Positions 38,834 to 49,500 of a stretch of 64,000 nucleotides of DNA are shown here, piece by piece. Position 1 is the first letter of the stretch. Every line of letters begins with the position of its first letter. The stretch covers positions 288,001 through 352,000 of the forward strand of contig JAOPTW010000013.1 in assembly GCA_051532035.1 (NCBI GenBank), in the 5' to 3' direction. The notes beneath the pieces are model-generated. The model made no database searches and had not been told where the DNA came from. It saw nothing but the letters and a program-made list of their open reading frames with translations. This DNA comes from Fibrobacterales bacterium (GTDB lineage Bacteria; Fibrobacterota; Fibrobacteria; Fibrobacterales; JAOPTW01). The position numbers and the translations under genes were made by a program.

Positions 38834-38870
38834 ATACCCCTTAATATTACTTCGAAATTTTAAGGGGTAT
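38834..38870 (+). terminator. Stem-loop after the KAP NTPase gene
   Basis: ATACCCCTTAA...TTAAGGGGTAT perfect 11-bp inverted repeat. Confidence 0.5.
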
Positions 38871-39080
38871 CGAGAGATGATAACAATAAACACTTTCTCT
38901 CTCACTAAAACAGCTGAGGCCGTCGACATTTTTACCACTGAAATACCAAAACGGTGCTAACATTAAGTAGGTATCCTTTTAAATATCAAGCGATGAAAAC
39001 CCAACATCCTTTGGGTAAATGAAAAGCAAAATAGAACAAAGATTTTATTATCTTTTTTAAATCTATACAAAGGAAGTTAA

Positions 39081-40607
39081 ATGGCACTTTTTAATTCATT
39101 GGGCTTTTCCCAACACCCCTTTAGTAAAACTAATGCTGATGAAGAACCGGATTTAAAAGAATATTTCGTTCCTCCACCTTATTTTGATGCCGTTATTGGG
39201 GACTCAAATAATCCATCTCCAAGTATAATACTTGCTCCAAGGGGGGCGGGCAAATCAGCATTAAGAAAAATGGTAGAAGCAGAATCAAATAAAAATCAGT
39301 TCCTTTCTGTTACTTATGATAGATTCGAATTTACAACTGGTACAGATATAGATGATATTACTCTCCAGTATCATCTAAGAAATATAATTACTAGGGTGTT
39401 ACTTTCATACCTTTCTTATTTGTCTGAATATCCAGATGTCCAAAAGTCCTTATCTAAAGATGATAAAAAGTATTTAGGAGTGTTTGCCTCCACTTATCTT
39501 GGTGACCTAAATGGTGAAAGATTACAAGAGCTACTAAATGATTTAAAAAGTCTGCCTGAAAAATTTAAAACATTTTGGAAACAAAATGTTGGTGTTATGG
39601 AGTCTGTTGTAAATTTTGTCCTCAAAAACTATGATTTGGAAAAAATCGATTTGCCAAACATGCAAAATGAAGAAAAGCGATTATCTGAAACATATAAGCA
39701 TCAACTCACTACTTTGCTGGAGTTAGTAAGAAAAATTGGTTTTAAATCCATATACATTTTGATTGATAGAGTTGATGAAACTGAATTAACTGGTAATGAC
39801 CCGGAGGCCACTTACAAATTGATTCAACCAATTATTCGGGATTTAGATTTACTTGGCTTGCCTGGGTTTGGTTTTAAGTTTTTTCTATGGGATAAAATAT
39901 TGCCTTTTTTTAAAGAGGATGCACGCCCTGATAGGGTTTCAGAATACAAGCTAAATTGGACGAGAGATAATTTAAAGAAAGTTTTGAATGAACGACTTAA
40001 AGTTTATAGTTCCAAAGACATTCAAAATTTTCAACAAATGTGTTCTGATCAAACAAAATTAAATTTAGATGATGCTATTTGTATTATGGCAAATGGTTCA
40101 CCAAGGAATTTAATAAGGTTTTGTGAACAAATCTTTGCAGTGCAAGGAGAAAGAAATCCAGAATCTAAAAAAATAGATTTTGCATCAATTGATATTGGTA
40201 TTACAAATTTTAGTGAGAAATTACTTTATGAAATATATCCTGAAAAACATGTAAAAGAAATACAAAAAATTGGAAGAGAAATATTTTACATCAGTTTTGT
40301 CGCATCTAAAATATTTAAAATTTCTACTCAAGCTGTCAGAAGTAAAGTGAAGGAATGGATAAATTTGGGAATCATAAAACAATCTGGAACGGCTGTTATA
40401 GATAATGCTAACAAACCCGTTCATATTTATTGTGTGATAGAGCCAATAGCAGTACGACTAATTTATAGACAAGAGCCCTTCGATAAATTTATTAATAATC
40501 GATGGTTGGTATGTGGACATTGTCTAAAGGATAATCTCATGGATATTTCTTTGTATCCAGAAGGTAATGATGCTACTTGTATTAATTGTGGGAGAAACCT
40601 AATTTAA
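39081..40607 (+). CDS. P-loop ATPase (Sll1717/STAND-like) with possible wHTH and C-terminal zinc ribbon
   Basis: PF..TNADEE, APRGAGKS Walker A, YILIDRVDE Walker B, GSPRNLI, and C-terminal CGHC...CINC. Confidence 0.8.
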   Translation: MALFNSLGFSQHPFSKTNADEEPDLKEYFVPPPYFDAVIGDSNNPSPSIILAPRGAGKSALRKMVEAESNKNQFLSVTYDRFEFTTGTDIDDITLQYHLRNIITRVLLSYLSYLSEYPDVQKSLSKDDKKYLGVFASTYLGDLNGERLQELLNDLKSLPEKFKTFWKQNVGVMESVVNFVLKNYDLEKIDLPNMQNEEKRLSETYKHQLTTLLELVRKIGFKSIYILIDRVDETELTGNDPEATYKLIQPIIRDLDLLGLPGFGFKFFLWDKILPFFKEDARPDRVSEYKLNWTRDNLKKVLNERLKVYSSKDIQNFQQMCSDQTKLNLDDAICIMANGSPRNLIRFCEQIFAVQGERNPESKKIDFASIDIGITNFSEKLLYEIYPEKHVKEIQKIGREIFYISFVASKIFKISTQAVRSKVKEWINLGIIKQSGTAVIDNANKPVHIYCVIEPIAVRLIYRQEPFDKFINNRWLVCGHCLKDNLMDISLYPEGNDATCINCGRNLI

Positions 40608-40835
40608 TTTATCCCACTTTTCATCATCAAAGACTCACCTTCACACAGGTTTAAACCCATCTCGTTATCACAAAACTTGACGACCCCAACAGCGGATATT
40701 ACCCATGGGCCTTGAAGTGGTTCAAGGAGTATGATTTGATATTATAGATGTTCAGTATGATAGACTGTGTACGCTAAGTTTAAACAGGGCTAATTAGGGA
40801 AGTTATAGCAAGCGGTTCTATTCTGTTTTTTATGA

Positions 40836-41087
40836 CTATAACTCAACTGCAACACCTTCTTCTACAAGTTTTGATATAACCCTATCAAAATGCTGTCTGA
40901 CCATATTGAATTCGTAATCAGGTCCAATTATAACGTTATGTCTTTTTTGGGAAGGTGATTTTCTATTAAAATATTTTCTAAATACGGCTTTGATGTCACT
41001 TTTATTACCGTGAATCACCCAGCCCTTTTGAGTCATTACGTTATAACTCATGATAATACTACAGATCTCATATTTTTCTATCATCAT
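40836..41087 (-). CDS. Small hypothetical protein
   Basis: 83-aa ORF with AAGG upstream; no recognisable motif. Confidence 0.45.
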   Translation of the reverse strand: MMIEKYEICSIIMSYNVMTQKGWVIHGNKSDIKAVFRKYFNRKSPSQKRHNVIIGPDYEFNMVRQHFDRVISKLVEEGVAVEL

Positions 41088-41162
41088 TTATACATACCTT
41101 AACAGACGTAATTAGCTATTATTGATCATCGGCAATTATCCCCACCTTCCTGAGGTACAACA

Positions 41163-41399
41163 ATGAGCATTTTCGAGAAAATAGCTAGTCAATCTGATTT
41201 TATAACAAACATTAATACTGTTTTATCATTGCTAGGGTCGAAAAAACCCAAGACACAGAAGGATAGAATAGTTAAAAAAATAATAGAACGTGAAGCAGAA
41301 GTTATGATACATTCCATTCATCATAACTATTTGAATAATGAGCAAAAATTTTATAAAAAATTAATCTATCTATATCGTTTAGCTCAGAAATTAAAATAG
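41163..41399 (+). CDS. Small hypothetical protein
   Basis: GAGG RBS before ATG; 78 aa, helical and basic. Confidence 0.5.
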   Translation: MSIFEKIASQSDFITNINTVLSLLGSKKPKTQKDRIVKKIIEREAEVMIHSIHHNYLNNEQKFYKKLIYLYRLAQKLK

Positions 41400-41537
41400 T
41401 TCTCTTTGATCTCGCTGTTTATCGAGTTTTTCACTTTACAAGCTGTATTCGCCTATGGTTAATGTGTGCTCCTATACGGCAACCGGCTAAGTTGATTATC
41501 AGTCGCAAAATAATTTGAAGTATTTGTTAGGAGTGTT

Positions 41538-41825
41538 TTATTTGTCATTTTCCATCATTTTTTGATGCCAACTACAGTACCCGCCGTTATCTAATGCTGC
41601 AAGCATCTCACACCATGGTATTTCATCATGACATTTACACTCTTTTAATACAAAATGGTCAGTCACTTCTTTCTTAAATACAAATTTCTGTTTTTCAGAA
41701 AGATTATGTTCGCCACCATCATCAATGACCTTTTTAGTAATAGCAATTGCTTTACCTCCATCAATCATACCTGAATCAAGTAAGCTCTGAAAAAAATCTT
41801 CGTATTCTCTGTCTTCAATTTCCAT
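41538..41825 (-). CDS. Small protein with Cys/His cluster (possible zinc binding)
   Basis: AAGG RBS; LSEKQKFVF then CKCH...C...CSWH. Confidence 0.65.
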   Translation of the reverse strand: MEIEDREYEDFFQSLLDSGMIDGGKAIAITKKVIDDGGEHNLSEKQKFVFKKEVTDHFVLKECKCHDEIPWCEMLAALDNGGYCSWHQKMMENDK

Positions 41826-42414
41826 TTTTAACCTTTTTACCTAGAGTTATATTTCGTCCTTAATATACGTGATAATTCGTTAAAAATCAACATTGTGAAT
41901 TTTTAACAGGTGTACTTGCTTGTCCCCCGTTTTTACCCAATGTTAGAAGTAGAGGTTAAACCCTAATTGCATCATTCGAGGCTGCCGCCTACCATTACTC
42001 TTGTTCATGTTCAATAGTCTCAAAGCGAATATACACCACCTACTTCTGGGTTTGTGGAAAGTACAGATTAAGAAAGAACATGATTATTCACAGGTGTTGT
42101 TGACCGAACGGGCCTCTGATGGTTTTGTTTTCTTTTGGGGGAGTGACTAGGCTATCGCCTTAATGGGCGATATTGTGCCTTCAGGCAATAGTGGAGAGTC
42201 TATGTCTTGACCTATTGGAAAAGAAGGTAGACAATTTCTGTCTAGTGCCTCATTATTTCTTTAGGGCTTATTTTTCCTGAAGAAGCTATATTTGAAGTGT
42301 TAGGAGAGCGATTTGAGCTTCAGCCAATTGGTAATGAAATATTTGAAATACACCGTAAGTTAATTGGATTTGTAAATAATGGACATACTTTTAAGGGTCA
42401 CAGATAATAGCTAT

Positions 42415-43494
42415 TTATAGTTCTAAAACAGGTTCCATATAGCAGTCAAGAAAATCTTCTGTTACACCTCTAAGTTTACGTTTCTGACATAAAGCATAAA
42501 GCTCCTCTACTGCAGAATACGTAAAATATCTGGTATTAAGGTCTTTGAATTGGGGTTTTGTTGCCTCTCTAATGACTTTGTCTCTATCTTCATCCGGAGC
42601 AACTATTACGTATCTCGTTGGAAATGGCGGGAACTTATCCTTAAAGTTTTTCATTCTACTCAAACCACTTGTTACGCCTGTAGAATGCTCGATCTCCATA
42701 ACTGCGGGCATTAATGTTCCATTTTTGAACCATATGCAGTCTATAAGCAAAGCAGCTTGGGCAGCATCATCATATGCACTAAGTAATTGTTCATCTTTAA
42801 GTGATTGAATAACTCCATCATATTCGCCAATTTTTTTGTTTTGATATAGAATGCCTTTATCATTTTGCGCAATCCACGTTCTAAATTCTAATTGTTTGCC
42901 AATGAAGTAAAGTGCAATTTGTATTTGAGCATGTCTTCTTTGTATTTCAATATCTATTCCTTGTGTTTCGTAGTCACTTGGAATTGCGAGAGAATCATAG
43001 TATGCATCAAAAGTCTGCATTTCAGATATAACCATATCAGTTTCAATTTTTTGTTTAACACCATTTTGATGAGGCTTATCAGGCATCCACATTAGATGTT
43101 TATGGCCATCTTTAACTTTTGTCATTCCATCTTTGTTTTCTATACGCCCCGGAAAACAAAAATAAAATTCAGGTGTATGAGATATAAGTGCTTCCAGGAC
43201 ACTACGAGTATTATAGCTTCCGCCTAGTGTTCTGTCAAAATTTAAAGGTTGGTTGGGGCTGAAAGCATTGGCAATTCTCCATATCATTTCAGTAGAGATG
43301 GGAACGGTTTTTGCGTTGCTCTCGATTCCTCCTTTACTTGGATTCCATCTTTTTACTCTAATTGGACCTTCAGGTAAATCAACACCGTCAATTTTGATTA
43401 AGGATTTTGTTTTTTCATTGATATAATTGTATGCAACATTTTTATCAAGTTGATTGATAAATGTAACGATATTGCTTGCAGTTAATTTTCTCAC
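42415..43494 (-). CDS. Type II restriction endonuclease (PD-(D/E)xK-like)
   Basis: 3 bp downstream of a C5 methyltransferase; HAQIQ...IDCIWF...VMEIEHST..SGLSRM nuclease-type motif. Confidence 0.75.
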   Translation of the reverse strand: MRKLTASNIVTFINQLDKNVAYNYINEKTKSLIKIDGVDLPEGPIRVKRWNPSKGGIESNAKTVPISTEMIWRIANAFSPNQPLNFDRTLGGSYNTRSVLEALISHTPEFYFCFPGRIENKDGMTKVKDGHKHLMWMPDKPHQNGVKQKIETDMVISEMQTFDAYYDSLAIPSDYETQGIDIEIQRRHAQIQIALYFIGKQLEFRTWIAQNDKGILYQNKKIGEYDGVIQSLKDEQLLSAYDDAAQAALLIDCIWFKNGTLMPAVMEIEHSTGVTSGLSRMKNFKDKFPPFPTRYVIVAPDEDRDKVIREATKPQFKDLNTRYFTYSAVEELYALCQKRKLRGVTEDFLDCYMEPVLEL

Positions 43495-43497
43495 GGC

Positions 43498-44634
43498 CTA
43501 CTTCTTTTTATCGTTAGTATTCTCTATAAAATATAAGATAGTTTCTGCTAGCCCTTTTGCGGCTAAATATGGGACCCCATTGCCTATGGTTTTAAACATA
43601 TTTGTTAAAGATATATGGCTAGGTATGACAAAATTTTTAGGTAACGACTGAACTGCAAGTGCTTCGGCGGCGGAAATACGCCTTGCTTTATAGGGATGTA
43701 TATGCACTTCATTGTTGCCATAGGCGGCTGTTGGTGAGTACCTCCAACGATGTAATCGTTTGTACGATTTCTTTAAATCATCACCTTCGTCAATCTTTTT
43801 AAATTTTACAAGACCAGCCCTAGGAGTGAAGTGGTGTTTCGAATTTGGATGCTCTTCAACTTTGTTTTTCTGGAACCAATATTCTACAGTAAGTTTCTTA
43901 ATTATTTTAGCTGGTGGCGAAGTAACAGAACCTTCTTTGAATTTATCTAAGGAAGGCCATGGCTTATTCAATACATCTTTTGCATTATAAATATTTTTTT
44001 CATCCCAACAGAAGGAAGGAATTGTGGAACCATTAACTTTTAATCCCATAGTCTTTAGTGTTTCTTTCTTAAAGCCAATTAAAATGATTCTTTCGCGGTC
44101 TTGTGGTGCACCATATTCGAGGGCATTAATCAGTTTTTCAGTAAGACAATAGCCATTTTGAATGAGCTTATTTTTCATAGATTCAAAAAATTCACGATGT
44201 ATTTTAGTTCTATATAACCCTTTAACATTCTCAAATAGAAAGAAGTCGGGTAAGTTTTTTGTGATAAGTTCAATGTATGTAGATGATAGTATTCCATTCT
44301 CACCCTTTATTCCTTTATTCTTTCCGGCAACAGAAAAGTCAGGGCACGGAGGTCCGCCAATGAATCCTATAAGATCAAAATTTTGTTTGGCATCTAGCAT
44401 AGACTGTTTTAAAAATTTCGCTTCATCCTTTTTTAAGAAATTGGTTATATCGCCAATGTGGTGGCCGTATCTCGGGTGTGGGATCTCTTTAAAGCCTTCC
44501 CTTGCACCTTGGTAAATTTCCATGAATGGAGCATGGAATTCATTAACAAATACAGTTTCAAAATTTTGAGTAGTTTCAAAGCCGAGGTCTAAGAAGCCGG
44601 CTCCGGCAAAAAAGGAAAAAATTCCTGTTTTCAT
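43498..44634 (-). CDS. DNA (cytosine-5)-methyltransferase
   Basis: FFAGAG (motif I), GGPPCPDFS (IV), ENVKG (VI), QDRERI (VIII), IGNGVP (X). Confidence 0.96.
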   Translation of the reverse strand: MKTGIFSFFAGAGFLDLGFETTQNFETVFVNEFHAPFMEIYQGAREGFKEIPHPRYGHHIGDITNFLKKDEAKFLKQSMLDAKQNFDLIGFIGGPPCPDFSVAGKNKGIKGENGILSSTYIELITKNLPDFFLFENVKGLYRTKIHREFFESMKNKLIQNGYCLTEKLINALEYGAPQDRERIILIGFKKETLKTMGLKVNGSTIPSFCWDEKNIYNAKDVLNKPWPSLDKFKEGSVTSPPAKIIKKLTVEYWFQKNKVEEHPNSKHHFTPRAGLVKFKKIDEGDDLKKSYKRLHRWRYSPTAAYGNNEVHIHPYKARRISAAEALAVQSLPKNFVIPSHISLTNMFKTIGNGVPYLAAKGLAETILYFIENTNDKKK

Positions 44635-45111
44635 ATAATAGTCTTTGTTTTGGGAATATTTAAAAGGTAAAATATTCCCTCAAAATTACCATGAAGAGAT
44701 ACCTTTCCTCCATTTTATATCAAAGAATTTATTGGTATAAATAATAATTATCGCTGTAAAATCAATAAAAACTCAAACAAAGGTCTCTTTATTAACTAAA
44801 ACAGCAAAATGTAGTTTTACAGGTGATAATACATTTTAGGGAAGTAGGTTTTTAAATATCAAGGTCTAATTAGCTATTTGAAAAGCACCTCCCCTCCCCT
44901 CACATCAAATCAATATCAAATCAAGGGGTCCAATACCATATTTATAGCACCTCCTCTAGTCAACAATCACAAGAATAGTACATACAACCCATCTTCCGAG
45001 TTCAAACAAAATACGCCCTAATCATTTTGAGGAAAGATTTTCTATATAACCTTGAGTAAGCCCTCTGGCTTGATTCCAAGCGCCCCAAGTATGGCTTCTC
45101 GCTATCGATAG

Positions 45112-45492
45112 AGCCTCCCCCTTTCACACCGGATGAGGTATATTTTAGAGAGGTAACAGCGGAAATGGCGATTATATCAAACTAAAATACTAGTTTTGGT
45201 TGTCTCATGTATTCAGCCACTATATTAACTAAAAAGCTTTAACACTCCCCAAAATATAATTGATATTAAACCCCAGACCATTAAAACTCCTAAATAATAC
45301 TCCAGCTTTTGATTACTCATAATTGCTACCTTTCGAATTTATAAGGTTTAACGATTAATATTATCTTTTTGTTACCTAATACCGAATTTTAAGTGTCTAT
45401 TATCAAATTAATTAAAACATGATCAACCTGCATAACTATAGCATGTAAAGAAATTCAAAAGCAGCCCTCCCCCATTTCACACCTGATAAGGT
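45112..45492 (+). repeat. Pair of ~29-bp imperfect direct repeats (45112-45139 and 45463-45492)
   Basis: AGCC-TCCCCC-TTTCACACCGGATGAGGT vs AGCCCTCCCCCATTTCACACCTGATAAGGT. Confidence 0.6.
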
Positions 45493-45625
45493 CTTTCATT
45501 CCTGCTTGTGATACGCCTCTTCTGCCTGGCATACTCATTCCGCTATAATAACGGATAAAAGTAGACTCAAGTAGATGCCGCTATATTGATTGTACCCAAA
45601 ATATAATAGGAGTGGTGTAGTATGA

Positions 45626-45980
45626 TCACCGTACAAGTGTCAATCCAATTGGAGTACTTGTTCCATTGATGAGAGAGTATATAGTGGATTTTGAAAAGCC
45701 GGTATAGCTCCGAAATTGATCGATGCCCTGATACATTCCATTATCTATTGCTTGAAGAAGACTATTATGAACATTACTGAAAATAGCTTTTACGGCTTTT
45801 TTCTCTCCAACGGTAATTTCTTTACGTTTCCCGCTTAGTATCCGGTAAGTTCGCTCATGGTAACCCCAAGGGCGTCCCTAATTCGCATTAGAAAGATATA
45901 TGTATACTATTGAAAGAGTCCCCCTTGCCCGAGTTAACACAGGGTCTCTAGCCCAATACCACGACCACATCAAACAACAA
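45626..45980 (-). pseudogene. Decayed XRE-type helix-turn-helix gene
   Basis: My minus-strand translation gives IDQFRSYTGFSKSTIYSLINGTSTPIGLTLVR* plus out-of-frame fragments MRIRDALGVTMSEL and GRGIGLETLC*LG, all resembling XRE HTH segments. Confidence 0.45.
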
Positions 45981-46526
45981 ATTGTTGCTGGTCCTTATGG
46001 TGAGCCATGGATGGAGCACGTACTGAGTACCCCGTTGGATATATTCCTTAATTATTTGTATCAAAGTGACTACCTGAGCAAAAGGTTTTAGTGTGATGAA
46101 AGAAAGAACCAGGATGAGGGAGGTGTGTATAGGAGCACAATAAAGTAGAGGGGGCTTGGTTACCATACGATGCCCGATCGTGGAAGAGTGGCTATATGTG
46201 ACATACAGACCTATAATGATGATCAAATAACTGAATGTGGAAAATACTGTTCTACGATAGACAAAGTGAAAAAATACTGTGGCCCTCACTCAAGTCATGA
46301 CCCTTGCTCCAGTCCATTAGCTGTGTGTGTGCCTGGGTGTTTTTATTAGGCAAACACCACTCCCCCATCACCTCCCAAAAACACCAACAATAACCCCATT
46401 TTCGTCCAAAATCACCCACCCCACTGAACTCTACGGGTCAAAATAACTTACATTTACCTGCGGGGACATACATTATGTGATTTTCACACAATCACCTGAT
46501 GATATACATACATAGTTGGGGAACTA

Positions 46527-49500
46527 ATGAAACAAAAGTCTAACTCTTTTTGGGTGATCTATTCGTGTGCGGTCGCACTCTCAATTGTATTTTATTTTAT
46601 CTATACCGCACGTCCAGAAGTCGATGGACTCACAAAAGCTACAGAAACTACGTGGCCTCAACCGCTCCCTGCTGAAAGCGAAGAAGACCGAGAACGTTAT
46701 GGCGATCATAAACGTCGCCCGTGGACCAAAGAAGAGGCCGCCTTTAATAAAAAGCGTTATGAAGACATCAGATCTCCTCTGTCAACTACTGCACTTGGTG
46801 CTCCAGCTCCTGTACCCACTCTAGAATCTCTCGCTCCTGCAGAAAAAGATGGATTTATTAACCTTGCAAACAACACCTTTTCTGGTAAATGGACCAGTAG
46901 AGGCCCTAAGAACATGCCCGGCGCCTTTCAATTTAGTGAAATAGACGAAGGGACAGACACGGTCTATGCTGTCAGTATGGGACATTATGGGGGCGTACAG
47001 TTCATCTATAAAGGGACTCTTGCCGGCGATGACTGGAAGATCATCAATCCCAAACACCCCTCACGATTTGAGGATCTCATGGTTGTGCCCAATGGTTCTC
47101 AGAGGAGAATTATTGCAGGAGAAGAACAAGGAGCTATCATGTACTCGGATAATGCGGGAGCAGCCTGGACCTTTTCTACAGGGATTACAAATGGTATCAC
47201 CAGCACTATTGTTAATAGACAAGACAATCATACCATCTATACTACTGATGGCAAATCTATTTACGTTTCATACGACCTTGGTTCAACATTTAGTCTCTTT
47301 CAATCTTTTACTATAAACACCCACGCCCGACTGTATACTCCGCGTTGGGACATACAACCCAATGCATCGGATGTCTATTTTGCCCATGGAAGCACGTTTT
47401 ACACCCTCAATAGTGCGAAAACTTCTTTTGTACAAACGGGTACAATTGCTAGCGGAGCTGAGATTGGCCTTGGTGGAGACACACGCCGACTCTGGATGAC
47501 CCAAGACAGTAAAGAATGGTACCACAGTGTGGATGGCGGAGCAACCTGGAATTATCAAGCAACCGAAAACTGGTGGTACAGCAGTATGAAAGCCAACATG
47601 TCTCAAGGCCAGTACCCAGGAATACATCCAGAAAACCCTGATATCATTATTGGTGGCTATGCATTTCCACTCTCTTCGCGTAATGCCGGTCAAACAACAA
47701 ACTCAGATGCAAAAAACTGGTGGGGACACTATCAAAACGCCGTAGGAAATGATCAACGGGTGCGCATTCACTTTCATCCCGACCACCAAGCATCTCAGTT
47801 TTTTTACGATGCATCAGGGACTCTTCTCTCGCTTCGCTCTACTGATGGCGGAGTTTTTAAATCATACAATGAGTGGACTAAAACATCTTACCCAACCTTA
47901 CAATCAATAGAAGACGTCTTTTACAATATCACCCTTTTTAATGCCCCTACACAAGAGGCGTACCGCGGTGGTTTTATTTCGGGCAAACACAACTCCGATG
48001 ACATGACTGCCTGTACTCAAGACCAAGGCTGGCAAAACACCCGTGCCTCAACCTATGGGACTGACCTTCTCTCATGGGACCAAGTGGGCGGTGGTGATGG
48101 ACCAAACTGTATTTCGGGTGATGGACTTATTGCATGGAGTTATAACTATCAAGGGAGCGATAATTTTAAACGTATCGAACTCTATGATGCTTCTGGCACT
48201 TACAAAGGACTCTCAGGAGCTACGTCAAGCACCTATAACCCCAATTATTCAAAAGGCACCGCCTACTTTACCCCGGGCGTGGGTGATTGGTCAAATGGCG
48301 ATCTCATATGGACCATGAGCCATAGACTCAGAAAATTCGAATACAATGGCGGCGTCATTTCGAGCACAGAACACGACCTCAATGAGAGTCAATATTTTGT
48401 GCAAGGGATCGCCCAATCACGAGAAAATCCTGATATTGTATTTGCCATGGAAAACGGCTATGTGTATACGTCTACAAACCGCGGCGATTCGTGGAGTCAA
48501 GTTGCATCGAATAGCGCAACAGGTATAAGTGGTACCCATGGCATTGGACGAGGTAATTTTGGTATGGGTTGGGCAATCGACAACCAAACAATTCTCTTTG
48601 CAACGGAATCTGGAAGTGCGGTTCACACCATATTTTCAAAAGACGGTGGGTATACCTGGACCAATGTCACAGGAACAGGAATTAATTCCTTCCCGTCAGC
48701 TTCGGTCAATGGTATGACTGCCAATGAAGCTGGCACACTCATTTTCGCATCTACCACTGCAGGACCCTATGTATTTGTAGTCGCCGAAGAACACTGGTAT
48801 CCCCTGGCGCTCCAAGGATCAGTACCCATTTTCTCTGGGCAGGTAGCCACCACGGTCAAAAAGGACGATTCCGAGATTATACGTTTCTCCACTTGGGGGC
48901 AAGGCATTTGGGATCTCACTTTAGCGCCTGTGATTCCCACACTTGATATTACAAGCACAACTCCTAATGTACTTATAACTACTCAAGACTCTATCACCTT
49001 ACACTGGAGCTCCAATCAGTTAGAGTATGTTATCGTAACACTCAACCGTACTGACTCTCTACCCGATACCCTTGGTATTGCTGCAACCCAAACGGGATCA
49101 TTCACTTGGCCCATTTCTGACTCCCTTATCAACGCTGATTCATTTTCACTCCGCATTCAACACAGTGTATCTCTCACCTATGATGAGACCGAAGTATATA
49201 CCATTATCCCTCCTGATGTAAACATTGCCCTCAACAAAGAGAGTATCGTATCATCCACCAATGAAGCTGACAGCAATTCCTTTGTGAACGATGGTGATTC
49301 TGACAACTACTGGCGCAGCGACGCAACAACGAGCGACCAATGGGTAGCCATAGATCTCGAAGATACATTCCACATTGGTGTGATAGTTATAGAATGGGGA
49401 GCGATTCTCCCGGAAACCTATACTATAGAAATGTATGATGATTCAAGTAACTGGATAGCACTCACCTCTGATTTAAAGCCTACGAACCCTGTAGATATAC

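Noticed and set aside
45900..46289. ORFs 45900-46091 (+) and 45948-46289 (-) as real genes
   Set aside because: No recognisable motifs, they overlap each other, and the region is better explained as a decayed HTH gene.
29570..46450. Prophage, ICE or IS element
   Set aside because: No integrase, transposase, relaxase or phage structural gene is recognisable; only repeats and cargo genes are present.
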